A DNA stretch of 58,336 nt, from contig JBAYFM010000010.1 in the NCBI GenBank assembly GCA_041667185.1, positions 1-58,336 on the forward strand, given 5' to 3'. Position 1 is the first letter of the stretch. Each line of letters opens with the position of its first letter. This stretch comes from Patescibacteria group bacterium (GTDB lineage Bacteria > Patescibacteriota > Patescibacteriia > SG8-24). Of the stretch, positions 44,726-53,260 are shown piece by piece. The position numbers and the translations under genes are program-made. A model generated the notes under the pieces. That model was not told the origin of the DNA. It did not search any database and was given only the letters and a program-made list of their open reading frames with translations.

Positions 44726-44752
44726 AAAAAACCGGAAGCGCGGCGCTTCCGG
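44726..44752 (-). terminator. intrinsic terminator after methyltransferase 44771..45325
   Basis: Minus strand reads CCGGAAGCG ccg CGCTTCCGG TTTTTT. Confidence 0.85.
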
Positions 44753-44770
44753 CTCACTGATCCGATCGAC

Positions 44771-45325
44771 TCACGGCTTGGTGAAAAGCAGGCCGTAATG
44801 ATAACGACCCGGCTCGAACGCCTTCAAAAACACCAAGCCGGCGGCTTCCGCCAATTTTCGGGCTTCCTCGGCGCTGATGCGGGAGGCTTGATCAGGACCG
44901 AACGCCGGCCCCGTCGGTTTCCAATCGATCACGACGAACTTGCCGCCCGAGCGCACGGTCCGGACACACTCGCTCATCATCGCCTCCCGATGGCGCGACA
45001 TGAAAAGATTATTGATGAGCAGACCGATGTCCAATTCGCCGTCAGGAATACTGACGCCCTTGGGCCTTTCCAGATCGCCCCAGATCGTCTCGACGTTATT
45101 GGCCGTCTCCAGTTTGATGCGGCCCTGGATGCCGCCGAGCACGGACTTCAGGATGTCGACCGCGTAAACTTTTCCCGACGGACCGACCAGACGCGAGGCC
45201 GGAAAAACATAATGGCCGATGGTGCCGCAACCGAAATCAGCGACCTTCATCCCGGCGCGCGTATCCGCTTCCTCCAGGACCTTGAAAGGATCGATGAGTT
45301 CTTTGCCCGTGGGTATGTAGGCCAT
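44771..45325 (-). CDS. class I SAM-dependent methyltransferase
   Basis: Motif I is KVADFGCGTIGHY; 184 aa. Confidence 0.7.
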   Translation of the reverse strand: MAYIPTGKELIDPFKVLEEADTRAGMKVADFGCGTIGHYVFPASRLVGPSGKVYAVDILKSVLGGIQGRIKLETANNVETIWGDLERPKGVSIPDGELDIGLLINNLFMSRHREAMMSECVRTVRSGGKFVVIDWKPTGPAFGPDQASRISAEEARKLAEAAGLVFLKAFEPGRYHYGLLFTKP

Positions 45326-45338
45326 AGTGATGGAGTGT

Positions 45339-45602
45339 TTAGGCCGGAGGCGTGAACAGGCGGCCGACGGTCCCCATGAGGAAACCGCCGATCATGCCGG
45401 TAGCAGCCAGAAAACCGATGAAAATGATGCCGAGGCCGATGAGTTTATAGAACAGGCGCGTGCCGCCGGACGTGCCCAGATGCTGCTCCGCCCATTCGAT
45501 GGCGCCAAAATTATTGAGGAACCACTCGGACTTGATGACGAACAACAGGCCGACCCCGACGGCCGCCAGACCTCCCAGGACCCTTCCGATGATGGCGAAC
45601 AT
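45339..45602 (-). CDS. small membrane protein (hypothetical)
   Basis: 87 aa with two to three hydrophobic segments, tightly spaced with the downstream gene. Confidence 0.55.
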   Translation of the reverse strand: MFAIIGRVLGGLAAVGVGLLFVIKSEWFLNNFGAIEWAEQHLGTSGGTRLFYKLIGLGIIFIGFLAATGMIGGFLMGTVGRLFTPPA

Positions 45603-45674
45603 AATTTCGAAGCGATTATTTTAGAAGACAGGCGAACCTGCGGTCTGGCCGCGATACTTATATTTTACATCCTT

Positions 45675-45751
45675 TGGTGGGCACGGGTGGATTCGAACCA
45701 CCGACCTCCTCGGTGTAAGCGAGGCGCTCTAACCAGCTGAGCCACATGCCC
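45675..45751 (-). tRNA. tRNA-Val (anticodon UAC), CCA encoded
   Basis: RC reads GGGCATG TG GCTC AGCTGGTTA GAGC G CCTCG CTTACAC CGAGG AGGTC GGTGG TTCGAAT CCACC CGTGCCC A CCA. Confidence 0.9.
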
Positions 45752-45885
45752 GTCTGGCCCACCGGAGGATGTAAACAATGAGGCGATGCGGCCCGCTCTG
45801 ACCAGCTGCCCGCCACCCACAACTCCGCAGGAGCGGAGGGTGGAGCTAATCGTCCGGATACGCGAGCCCTCTCATCCTGGTCATT

Positions 45886-45914
45886 ATTATAGCCTTAATA
45901 AGCGACGCGAGCAA
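45886..45914 (-). promoter_or_regulatory. promoter ~135 nt upstream of tRNA-Val
   Basis: Minus strand reads TTGCTC gcgtcgcttattaaggc TATAAT (17-nt spacer). Confidence 0.5.
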
Positions 45915-45921
45915 TTAATAT

Positions 45922-45990
45922 GAAGTGTGGGAGAGACGGAGTGCAGGAGTGCTGAAGTGCAGGAGTGCGGGAGAGATGAAAGATTGGAGC
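45922..45990. repeat. octamer-phased GGAG-type array, locus 6
   Basis: gaagtgtgggagagacggagtgcaggagtgctgaagtgcaggagtgcgggagagatgaaagattggagc. Confidence 0.8.
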
Positions 45991-46017
45991 AATAAACCGA
46001 GCTGAGCTCGGTAAATA

Positions 46018-46044
46018 CAAAAACCAGCCGGTGTTGTCCGGCTG
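46018..46044 (-). terminator. intrinsic terminator ending the tRNA-Leu trailer
   Basis: Minus strand reads CAGCCGG acaaca CCGGCTG GTTTTTG. Confidence 0.8.
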
Positions 46045-46183
46045 ATTCTCACCACTGAACTCGGCTCTGGAGTTTCGGTGGGCCAGCTCAGCTAGCCACA
46101 CCTCGCTCTGGTCGCTCGGTTGTTTCATCAGAGAATGCGAAGCTGAGCTTCGCCATCATCTTTTGGAACCGAGCTGAGCTCGG

Positions 46184-46270
46184 TGGTGCGGACGGAGGGA
46201 TTTGAACCCTCACGAGGTTGCCCCCGCCAGCCCCTCAAGCTGGTGCGTCTGCCAGTTCCGCCACGTCCGC
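46184..46270 (-). tRNA. tRNA-Leu (anticodon GAG), long variable arm, CCA encoded
   Basis: RC reads GCGGACG TG GCGG AACTGGCAGA CGCA CCAGC TTGAGGG GCTGG CGGGGGCAACCTCGTG AGGGT TCAAATC CCTCC GTCCGCA CCA (approximate parsing). Confidence 0.88.
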
Positions 46271-46279
46271 GTAGCTGAT

Positions 46280-46308
46280 AAAATAGCCGACTCCGCCAAA
46301 AAAAGCAA
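46280..46308 (-). promoter_or_regulatory. tRNA-Leu promoter
   Basis: Minus strand reads TTGCTT tttttggcggagtcggc TATTTT (17-nt spacer), ending 9 nt before the mature 5' end. Confidence 0.5.
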
Positions 46309-46340
46309 GCGTCAGGATGCCGAAGCCGCGAAATCACCGA

Positions 46341-46393
46341 CTTCCCACTACTCCCTGACTCCATCTCTCCCCAACTCCGTCTCTCCCACCCCC
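46341..46393. repeat. octamer-phased array, locus 7 (CTCC orientation on the plus strand)
   Basis: cttcccactactccctgactccatctctccccaactccgtctctcccaccccc. It abuts the lipid-kinase stop codon (46395-46397). Confidence 0.8.
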
Positions 46394-46394
46394 T

Positions 46395-47174
46395 TCACGC
46401 CGCGAACAACCGCTCCTTGCCCGTAACGACCTTCAGCCTGGACGGAGCGATCTCGATCAAGGCTTCGCGATATTCGGTCTTGCGGCCGTCGACCACGACA
46501 GTGAACGGTTCGTCGCTCGAGACCTTCAGCCGGCGGAGCGGTATCAGTCCGGCTTCCTCGTTCTTGCCGCGACCGCCCAAAAATCCGCCGGACCGCTTCG
46601 GGATCATGAGCATATCCAGACGCCCATCCTGAGGATCGCCGGGATGCCTGAGAGCGGCCGGACCGCGCAGGGCGAGTTCGGCGCTGCGGATATTGCTCAC
46701 CACGATCTCACACTCGGAATCGACCGAGGAGATCCGGTAATCGCCCTCGCCCTCGACGGTATAACGTCCCGGAGGTATGACCACCTGCCACAAAAAATAC
46801 TGGCCATTGATCTTGCCCAGGTCGATCTTCTGGATGACGCGACGCGACAAAACCTCGCAAGCCTCGGCGCCCGGCGGAATGCCGAGCGACTTGGCGATGG
46901 AATTCGGCTGGCCGATGGGAATGAGTCCCAAAGTGACGTCGGCGTCGCCAAGACCGGCCACGACCTGCGAGACGGTCTCGTCGTTGCCGACGGCGACGAT
47001 CGTCTTGGCGCCGCGGCGCGTCTCATCGCGAACAAGGCCGCGCGCATTGGTGAACGGCGTCAGCCGGCCGATCTTGCCGGTGATGCCGAGATCGGTCAGA
47101 GCGATCTCCACGGCCGCCATGACGCGCTCGTATTTCCGGTCGCTGATGAAGCTGTCGTAAATATAGAAATACAT
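46395..47174 (-). CDS. diacylglycerol/lipid kinase family protein (YegS-like)
   Basis: The DAGK catalytic-domain layout is present: TIVAVGNDETVSQVVAGL (a GGDGT-type motif variant) and LGLIPIGQPNSIAKSLGIP. Confidence 0.75.
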   Translation of the reverse strand: MYFYIYDSFISDRKYERVMAAVEIALTDLGITGKIGRLTPFTNARGLVRDETRRGAKTIVAVGNDETVSQVVAGLGDADVTLGLIPIGQPNSIAKSLGIPPGAEACEVLSRRVIQKIDLGKINGQYFLWQVVIPPGRYTVEGEGDYRISSVDSECEIVVSNIRSAELALRGPAALRHPGDPQDGRLDMLMIPKRSGGFLGGRGKNEEAGLIPLRRLKVSSDEPFTVVVDGRKTEYREALIEIAPSRLKVVTGKERLFAA

Positions 47175-47200
47175 GTTGGACGGGACTAACCCGCGCGTCC

Positions 47201-47229
47201 ATCATAATCATAAGCGGCGGGACTGTCGA
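47201..47229 (-). promoter_or_regulatory. promoter of the lipid kinase gene
   Basis: Minus strand reads TCGACA gtcccgccgcttatgat TATGAT (17-nt spacer). Confidence 0.5.
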
Positions 47230-47247
47230 GCGCACGGACCACGCCTA

Positions 47248-47346
47248 TTGGGAGAGTGCAGGAGTGCTGGAGTGCGGGAGTACGGGAGAGACGGAGTCAG
47301 GGAGTCAGTATCTTAACTTCGTATCTTCAGCACTCCAGTACTTCAA
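47248..47346. repeat. octamer-phased array, locus 8
   Basis: ttgggagagtgcaggagtgctggagtgcgggagtacgggagagacggagtcagggagtcagtatcttaacttcgtatcttcagcactccagtacttc. Confidence 0.85.
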
Positions 47347-47355
47347 GAGTATAGT

Positions 47356-47381
47356 AAAAAACCACCGGCTGTCGCCGGTGG
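47356..47381 (-). terminator. intrinsic terminator after the bactofilin gene
   Basis: Minus strand reads CCACCGGC gaca GCCGGTGG TTTTTT. Confidence 0.85.
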
Positions 47382-47420
47382 CTTTCAGTTTGCGGGTTAT
47401 GCCCGCCATTCGTCTGGCGG

Positions 47421-47861
47421 TTAGATGGCCGGCAGCTTCACTTTTTCTTCCGGCTTCTCGGCCAGCTTGAACTGCGGCTTGGCCTGGTTCTCATTCTTGC
47501 CGGTCTCTTGGCCCATGGCCACGCGGCCGTTGACCTGCGCGCCAGCCGCGACGGTCAGGACCTTGGCGCGGACGTCGCCATAGATGTGGGCCGTGGCTTC
47601 GAGTTCCAGTTTCTCGGCCACCACGATGTTGCCGCGGACTTCGCCCGCGACCGTGGCGCTCGCCGCGGACACATCAGCGTTGATGCGGGCCCGCTCGCCG
47701 ACGCGGAGATTCTTCTCGGTCTTCAGGCTCCCCTCGACGACGCCTTCGATGAGCACATTGCCCTGGCTCACGAATTCGCCCTCGACTTTGACGGAGGCGG
47801 CTATCACTGTTTCGGCTTCGTTGCCGATATCGCGGTTCGCCATAGGTTTGGCTTGAAACAT
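47421..47861 (-). CDS. bactofilin (polymer-forming cytoskeletal protein)
   Basis: Repetitive beta-helix pattern VIAASVKVEGEFVSQGNVLIEGVVEGSLKTEKNLRVGERARINADVSAASATVAGEVRGNIVVAEKLELEATAHIYGDVRAKVLTVAAGAQVNGRV. Confidence 0.85.
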   Translation of the reverse strand: MFQAKPMANRDIGNEAETVIAASVKVEGEFVSQGNVLIEGVVEGSLKTEKNLRVGERARINADVSAASATVAGEVRGNIVVAEKLELEATAHIYGDVRAKVLTVAAGAQVNGRVAMGQETGKNENQAKPQFKLAEKPEEKVKLPAI

Positions 47862-47994
47862 ATTATGACGGCGGCGGCGCCAAGAAAGGCTGACGCCCCG
47901 GCCCGACGGTCCGTACGCAGATTAATAAAACACCCCGCGATTATACCATTGGTCCGCGGAGTGTAAATAGCCGCTCAACTGAAAGCCAGTCGGC

Positions 47995-49599
47995 CTACAG
48001 TTCAAAAGGCAGCGTGAAACCGAAAGTCGAACCCAAACCCTTGCCCGGCGATTCGACTAGGATCTCGCCGCCGTGGGCCTGGATGATATTTTTGACGATG
48101 AAGAGCCCGATGCCGGAGCCGTCTTTGTTGACCTTGATACCGCTCGTGCCACGCTGGAACATCTCGAACAAACCGCGCTTGTCCGCGTCACTGAGTCCGG
48201 CCCCGCTGTCCTTGACGCGCACTTCGATGTGTTTGCTGGTAGCCGCAGCCGAAATCGTGATCCCGCCGGTCACGGTATATTTGACCGCGTTATCGATCAG
48301 GTTCATGAGCACATGGTAGATCTTGCCGCCGTCACAAACGATCATCGGCAGCGTCAATGGGACATCGACTTCCAGCATCAATTTCTTGGTGCCAGCGAGC
48401 GGCTTGATGCTGCTCACCGCCCGTTCGATGACCTCGCGCAGATTGGTTTCAGAACGGTAAAGTTCGAACTTGCCCAGTTCGATCTTCGTGGCGTCCAGGA
48501 ACGTTTCAATGGTCTCAAGCAGCTGGTTCGCCGCGACCAAATTACTGACGATGATCGGACGCTGTGCCGCGGTGAGCTCGCCGAAATCGCCGCGGTTCAG
48601 CATATCCAGATAACCGCGGATGCCGGCGAGCGGCGCGCGGAACTGATGCGAGGCGATGGACACGAACCTGGTCTTGGAGCGATCCGCTTCGATGAGTTTG
48701 GCGTTCATCGCCGTCACCTGCTCGTTCAGGATCTGCAATTCGCGAACGTGGCGGATCTCCCGCATGATGGTCCGACTGGTCACGATCCCGTAAAAGATGA
48801 GCACGATCAGGGTCACCAGCCGCAGGGAAAAATCAACCGTTGACCGAGCCACCGCGATGTCGGCGATGACCACGAACAGCGCCACGATGACGAAGACCTC
48901 GATGCTCACGAGCCGCAGATCGACGAACAGGCGGTGGCGGATGATGCTGAGCGCGATGATGAATACGCCGATCATGAGCGCGACATTGCCGACCCAGAAC
49001 GACTCGGCCAGCGTCGTCAGTTCGGAACCATACATCGCGACGAAAACGATATTGAAAGAGACGATGGTCCCGGCGACAATCGAAAGCAAATGCTTACGAT
49101 CAAGTTCGGGCTGGCGGCGGCTGGCGGCGCCCAACAAAACGAGTCCCGCGATGGTCAAGATAACGAAATGAATCGCGAAGAATATCCGACCTGGACCGAA
49201 AACCGGCAAGCTCCAAGATTCGCCGGCGGACCGGACCAGGAACGGCGTATTGTAAGCGATCCAAAAAAGAACGGCGTTGGGCAAAAACAGCAGAAACTGT
49301 TTCCAGCCGCGGGGAATATCTTGCCGGACGTAGGAGTAAGCGAAGAAAAAATACAGCACCGGCAACAACGAACCGACAAAAAACAAAGTCCGGATCCAGA
49401 ACAACACCTGATTCGGCTCGACGGACATGCGCCACAACACCAGGGAAAAGCTCCAGAACGACACAGCGATGAGCAACGAGCTCAGCGTCACGTTCCGAAA
49501 GTCGCCGCGCCGATCAAAATAGACCCACATGCCCAGACCGAAAGCCAGAGTCGCGGTCAGGATGGCGTTGTGTGTCAGAAAATAGGTCAGGAAACTCAT
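47995..49599 (-). CDS. sensor histidine kinase (polytopic N-terminal sensor)
   Basis: H-box SIASHQFRAPLAGIRGYLDML, N-box NLIDNAVKYT and G-boxes VKDSGAGL / GIGLFIVKNI. The N-terminal ~260 aa are hydrophobic. Confidence 0.9.
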   Translation of the reverse strand: MSFLTYFLTHNAILTATLAFGLGMWVYFDRRGDFRNVTLSSLLIAVSFWSFSLVLWRMSVEPNQVLFWIRTLFFVGSLLPVLYFFFAYSYVRQDIPRGWKQFLLFLPNAVLFWIAYNTPFLVRSAGESWSLPVFGPGRIFFAIHFVILTIAGLVLLGAASRRQPELDRKHLLSIVAGTIVSFNIVFVAMYGSELTTLAESFWVGNVALMIGVFIIALSIIRHRLFVDLRLVSIEVFVIVALFVVIADIAVARSTVDFSLRLVTLIVLIFYGIVTSRTIMREIRHVRELQILNEQVTAMNAKLIEADRSKTRFVSIASHQFRAPLAGIRGYLDMLNRGDFGELTAAQRPIIVSNLVAANQLLETIETFLDATKIELGKFELYRSETNLREVIERAVSSIKPLAGTKKLMLEVDVPLTLPMIVCDGGKIYHVLMNLIDNAVKYTVTGGITISAAATSKHIEVRVKDSGAGLSDADKRGLFEMFQRGTSGIKVNKDGSGIGLFIVKNIIQAHGGEILVESPGKGLGSTFGFTLPFEL

Positions 49600-49608
49600 G
49601 GCCGCGTT

Positions 49609-51303
49609 TTATGTTCCAGACAAATCATTGTCTGCTCCGTTGCAGACGCCGGATGCGACTGTCGGCAGCCGGACGGCAAAGATCGTGCCCTCGCCAGGAG
49701 CGGTCCGGTCCACCCAGATGTCGCCGCCCATGCCATGCAGGAACTTGGCGCAGATGAAAAGTCCGAGCCCCATGCTCATGCCCGACTGACGGATCGAGTT
49801 GGTCTGAGCCGGACGGAAAAACTTTTCGAACAGATGCTCCAAATCCTGGGGATTCATGCCGATGCCGGTATCCTCGATCCGAAGGACGGCGAAACCTTCG
49901 CCGCGATCAGGCTCCAGACTCACCTCGACATGGCCTTTCTGAGTATATTTGAGGGAGTTATCGATCAGGTTGACGATGATCTCGTGCAGCTTGTCCGGAT
50001 CCGCAAAAACCTTGACCTTGCCGTCCGCAGACTGGCGGAAACGCAAATCCAAACCCTTATTCTTAGCCTCCAAGGAGAGCTCTTTGACAGCGTGATCAAT
50101 GATCTCGACCGCGTCGACATCCTGGCAGAAGTAGGCCAGATTATCCCGCTCGATGCGCGTGACGTTGAGCAGATTATTGATCAGGTGGATCAGGCGCTCG
50201 TTCATCTCATAGAGCTGGTCGATCTTGTCCTGCACGGCGCCGCCGACCGCGCCGTAAGCGCCGTCTTTCATGAGCGACAGATAGCCTTTGATGACCGAGA
50301 CCGGCGTCCGCAGCTGGTGCGAGGCGATCGAGATGAATTCGGACTTGGCTTCGGAGAGTTCGCTGAGGTGTTTGTTGGATTTCTCGAGTTCGACGGTCAT
50401 CACTGACAGCAGTTCGTGGCGATGAACTTCGGCCACCACCGATTTGATGAGTAAAACGCCGAAAATTACCGAGATTACGAAGAGGACGCTCTGAAAAATA
50501 AAGTCCGAATCCGATGAGGCGATGAAAAGCCGTGAAAAATTCAACAGGACAAAAACGACCGTGAAGAACTCCGCCGCGATGACTTTGGTGTGGTCCACGC
50601 CATGTTTCACGACGGCATAAGAGGCCAAGATCACGAAGAGGGCGGAAGCGGCCGGTCCGATAACGCTGGCTTGGGAAAAATTAAAGAAAACCGGCAGGAT
50701 CAAATTAGTGACCAGGCCCGATGACACCATCAGCGCGACGCCGATATAGATCAATACGATCTGTCTTTTGATGAGCGCGTCCTGACTCTTGCGGTAAGTC
50801 ACCATCAAACGACGAGATGCCCAACCGAAACAAGCGACCATGTAACTCAGAAGAACCAAATACATCGGACCGGGCTGAAAATCGGTGCCCCAGGGCTTTA
50901 ATTCAATAGAAAGGACATTTAATCTGGTGGGTACGAAAGGCAACATCAATATCACCGGCAATATATACAGTAACGCTCTGCGCAAACTCAGTTCTTTTGT
51001 TAAATTCGGAAAATAATACGTGAAGAGAAGAAAAAAGAACGAGAAAAAAAATGGTCCAATAAAGGCCAGTTGAGCCCAAAGAAGCGTGTCGGATGGCTTG
51101 CGCACTACGTCAGCCATCGAGGATGAAAAAACCCAGAAACTGACACTGACTGTTAGCAAAAAGAATGTCTGATTCAGCTCGTGTTGCCTATGCCGCCAAA
51201 AAATTATAACACCAAGAGCCAACACAAAGATCGATAACATGAAATTTATTGCCTGCGTAGGAGACAATAAAGTAGGTATCGCTTGTCCTATTGATGGTAA
51301 CAT
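49609..51303 (-). CDS. sensor histidine kinase (polytopic N-terminal sensor), paralogous architecture
   Basis: H-box SIASHQLRTPVSVIKGYLSLM, N-box NLIDNSLKYT and G-boxes IEDTGIGM / GLGLFICAKF. The N-terminal ~300 aa are hydrophobic and encoded by visibly AT-richer DNA. Confidence 0.9.
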   Translation of the reverse strand: MLPSIGQAIPTLLSPTQAINFMLSIFVLALGVIIFWRHRQHELNQTFFLLTVSVSFWVFSSSMADVVRKPSDTLLWAQLAFIGPFFFSFFFLLFTYYFPNLTKELSLRRALLYILPVILMLPFVPTRLNVLSIELKPWGTDFQPGPMYLVLLSYMVACFGWASRRLMVTYRKSQDALIKRQIVLIYIGVALMVSSGLVTNLILPVFFNFSQASVIGPAASALFVILASYAVVKHGVDHTKVIAAEFFTVVFVLLNFSRLFIASSDSDFIFQSVLFVISVIFGVLLIKSVVAEVHRHELLSVMTVELEKSNKHLSELSEAKSEFISIASHQLRTPVSVIKGYLSLMKDGAYGAVGGAVQDKIDQLYEMNERLIHLINNLLNVTRIERDNLAYFCQDVDAVEIIDHAVKELSLEAKNKGLDLRFRQSADGKVKVFADPDKLHEIIVNLIDNSLKYTQKGHVEVSLEPDRGEGFAVLRIEDTGIGMNPQDLEHLFEKFFRPAQTNSIRQSGMSMGLGLFICAKFLHGMGGDIWVDRTAPGEGTIFAVRLPTVASGVCNGADNDLSGT

Positions 51304-51354
51304 GTTAGGGTTGCGTTGATTTAGACGTTCTTTGACTTCGCTAGGAGGCCGAAC

Positions 51355-51933
51355 ATGAGCAAAATGACCTGTGAAATGCTTTTTTCGATCACGGATGTGT
51401 CGCTCCAGCAGGAGTTATGGCGCGTCTATCTAGCCGCGTTCCAACCCAGCTCGGAACTTTGCATTCAAGAACAACTCTGTTACTCCGAGGAAAGCTTTCG
51501 CAGCGCCTTGACGGACCCGGATTACGTCAAATTCGTCGCCAAGGAAGATGGCCACGCCATCGGTCTGCACATGGGCACGAACAATTTGGAAAAAGCACGG
51601 GTCGCTTATGTCAACCCACGAAAACTGGAAGCGCAATTTCCTGAATTCGTGGGAAGAATCTACTACTTCACGATATTCGCGATCGAACCAAGCCGACAAG
51701 GTTCAGAGTGTGCCTCGCTTATCGTGACCAACGTAGGCCTCTTTATCGAGCAACATGACGCGATCGTGGCTTTCGATTACGCCTCGGAAAAGAACTCCCG
51801 ACTGCCGCAGTTGATCATTCACGTGTTGGAGGTGGCGCATAGTCACAACCTCATCGCCTCGGATACTTTCACGGGTACACCGCTTGGCGGACAGTGCTAC
51901 TACGCCATCCGTGTATCAAAATCGAAGAAATGA
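51355..51933 (+). CDS. hypothetical protein, possibly a GNAT-type acetyltransferase; the only plus-strand gene
   Basis: AGGAGG lies 6 nt upstream of the ATG, and a terminator hairpin follows directly after the stop. IFAIEPSRQGSECASLIV loosely resembles the GNAT R/Q-x-x-G-x-G/A motif. Confidence 0.6.
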   Translation: MSKMTCEMLFSITDVSLQQELWRVYLAAFQPSSELCIQEQLCYSEESFRSALTDPDYVKFVAKEDGHAIGLHMGTNNLEKARVAYVNPRKLEAQFPEFVGRIYYFTIFAIEPSRQGSECASLIVTNVGLFIEQHDAIVAFDYASEKNSRLPQLIIHVLEVAHSHNLIASDTFTGTPLGGQCYYAIRVSKSKK

Positions 51934-51937
51934 ACTT

Positions 51938-51970
51938 ATACGGAGACATCCTCGTCTCCGTATTTAATTA
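51938..51970 (+). terminator. intrinsic terminator after the plus-strand gene
   Basis: ATACGGAGAC atcctc GTCTCCGTAT TTAATTAT. Confidence 0.75.
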
Positions 51971-52030
51971 TAGCATAATATCGACCCTCAAGCTACGTCT
52001 CTCGGGCTTAAATATGATTAGTGGCATAAC

Positions 52031-52053
52031 AAAAAAGAGCGGAAGTCCCGCTC
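52031..52053 (-). terminator. intrinsic terminator after the PLP decarboxylase gene
   Basis: Minus strand reads GAGCGG gactt CCGCTC TTTTTT. Confidence 0.8.
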
Positions 52054-52062
52054 TCTGTTCGC

Positions 52063-53208
52063 TTATTCGCCGCAGATGATGATCCGCGGGAAAGAAAAGC
52101 CGTTATACGTCTTGTAGGAGTTGGTGTACGCTCCGGCCGTGTGAAAGATCACGCGGTCGCCGACTTCAAGGCGCGGCAGGCTGATATCCTTGGCGATGAC
52201 ATCAACGCTATCGCACGATGGCCCGACCAGCGTCACCGTTTCCGTCTTATCCGACGAGGCGGCGCCCAGACGCTCCAGGCGATACCAAAAAGCCTCGTAG
52301 GTTTCCATCAGACCGTTGAAGATGCCGACGTCGAGAAAGACAATGGTCTTCCCGTTGCGCTCGGCTCGGCCGATGACCGTGGTCAGAAGCGTGCCAGCAT
52401 TCGCCACGAGAAAGCGTCCAGGCTCGATGATCAGCCGTTCCAATCCCGGCAGAAGCTCCTTCGCCATTTGGGCGACGACTGGTCCGATCTCGCTGACAGC
52501 CGGTTCTGTGCCGTCATACGCGGCCGGCAGGCCGCCGCCGATATCGAGCAGTCGCAGCTTCAGACCGCGTTGCTGCGCCTCGCGCCACACGTCGCGGCAT
52601 CTGAGCAAGGCCGACCGCCAGTTGTCGATCCGCACGCATTGCGACCCGACATGGAAAGTCAGGCCCACCGGATCAAGACCGGCGGCCGCGGCAGCCGCGA
52701 GCAGGTCAGGGGCTTTTTCCGGCGACGCTCCGAACTTGCCGGAGAGCGGCCAGCCGCTGCCATGATTATCGACTTCCAGCCTCAGGTAGACCTGCGCGCC
52801 AGGCGCCAAAGCGCTGAGCTTGCGGATCTCGTCTTCCGAATCGAACGCGAACAGATCAACTCCCGCGCGGCGGGCAGCCGCCAATTGCTGCGGGATCTTG
52901 ACCGGATTCGAAAAAGCGATCTTTTCCGGACCGACTCCCAGCGACAGCACGCGGCGGATCTCTCCCAACGATGCCACGTCGAAACCGGAGCCCAGGCGGG
53001 CGAGAGTCCGCAGCACGCGGACGTCATCATTGGCCTTGACCGAGAAAAACACTTCGAAAGACGAGCCGAAAGACCGGCGCAGCGCCTCGTAATTGCGGAC
53101 GATCGCATCCAGATCCAGGAACAACGCCGGCGTCCGGCGTCGCTTGTCCGTCAGACGGTCCGCGAACGCGACTTCTCTGCGGCTTGTCCTCTTTTTTCTT
53201 GTGGTCAT
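52063..53208 (-). CDS. PLP-dependent group IV (Orn/DAP/Arg family 2, eukaryotic-ODC-like) decarboxylase
   Basis: FFSVKANDDVRVLRTLARLGSGFDVASLGEIRRVL (PLP lysine in KAN), DIGGGLP and GPSCDSVD. I trimmed the start to the ATG at 53208, which is preceded by GGAGGGTGTC. Confidence 0.8.
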   Translation of the reverse strand: MTTRKKRTSRREVAFADRLTDKRRRTPALFLDLDAIVRNYEALRRSFGSSFEVFFSVKANDDVRVLRTLARLGSGFDVASLGEIRRVLSLGVGPEKIAFSNPVKIPQQLAAARRAGVDLFAFDSEDEIRKLSALAPGAQVYLRLEVDNHGSGWPLSGKFGASPEKAPDLLAAAAAAGLDPVGLTFHVGSQCVRIDNWRSALLRCRDVWREAQQRGLKLRLLDIGGGLPAAYDGTEPAVSEIGPVVAQMAKELLPGLERLIIEPGRFLVANAGTLLTTVIGRAERNGKTIVFLDVGIFNGLMETYEAFWYRLERLGAASSDKTETVTLVGPSCDSVDVIAKDISLPRLEVGDRVIFHTAGAYTNSYKTYNGFSFPRIIICGE

Positions 53209-53260
53209 GACACCCTCCAAATTTGGAAAAGAACAGGCTCCGCAATCTGCAGAGTAGGTC

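Noticed and set aside
45895-46128. 77-aa minus-strand ORF between tRNA-Leu and tRNA-Val
   Set aside because: It has no SD, reads through an intrinsic terminator (46044-46018) and continues into an octamer array. It is more likely a non-coding tRNA trailer.
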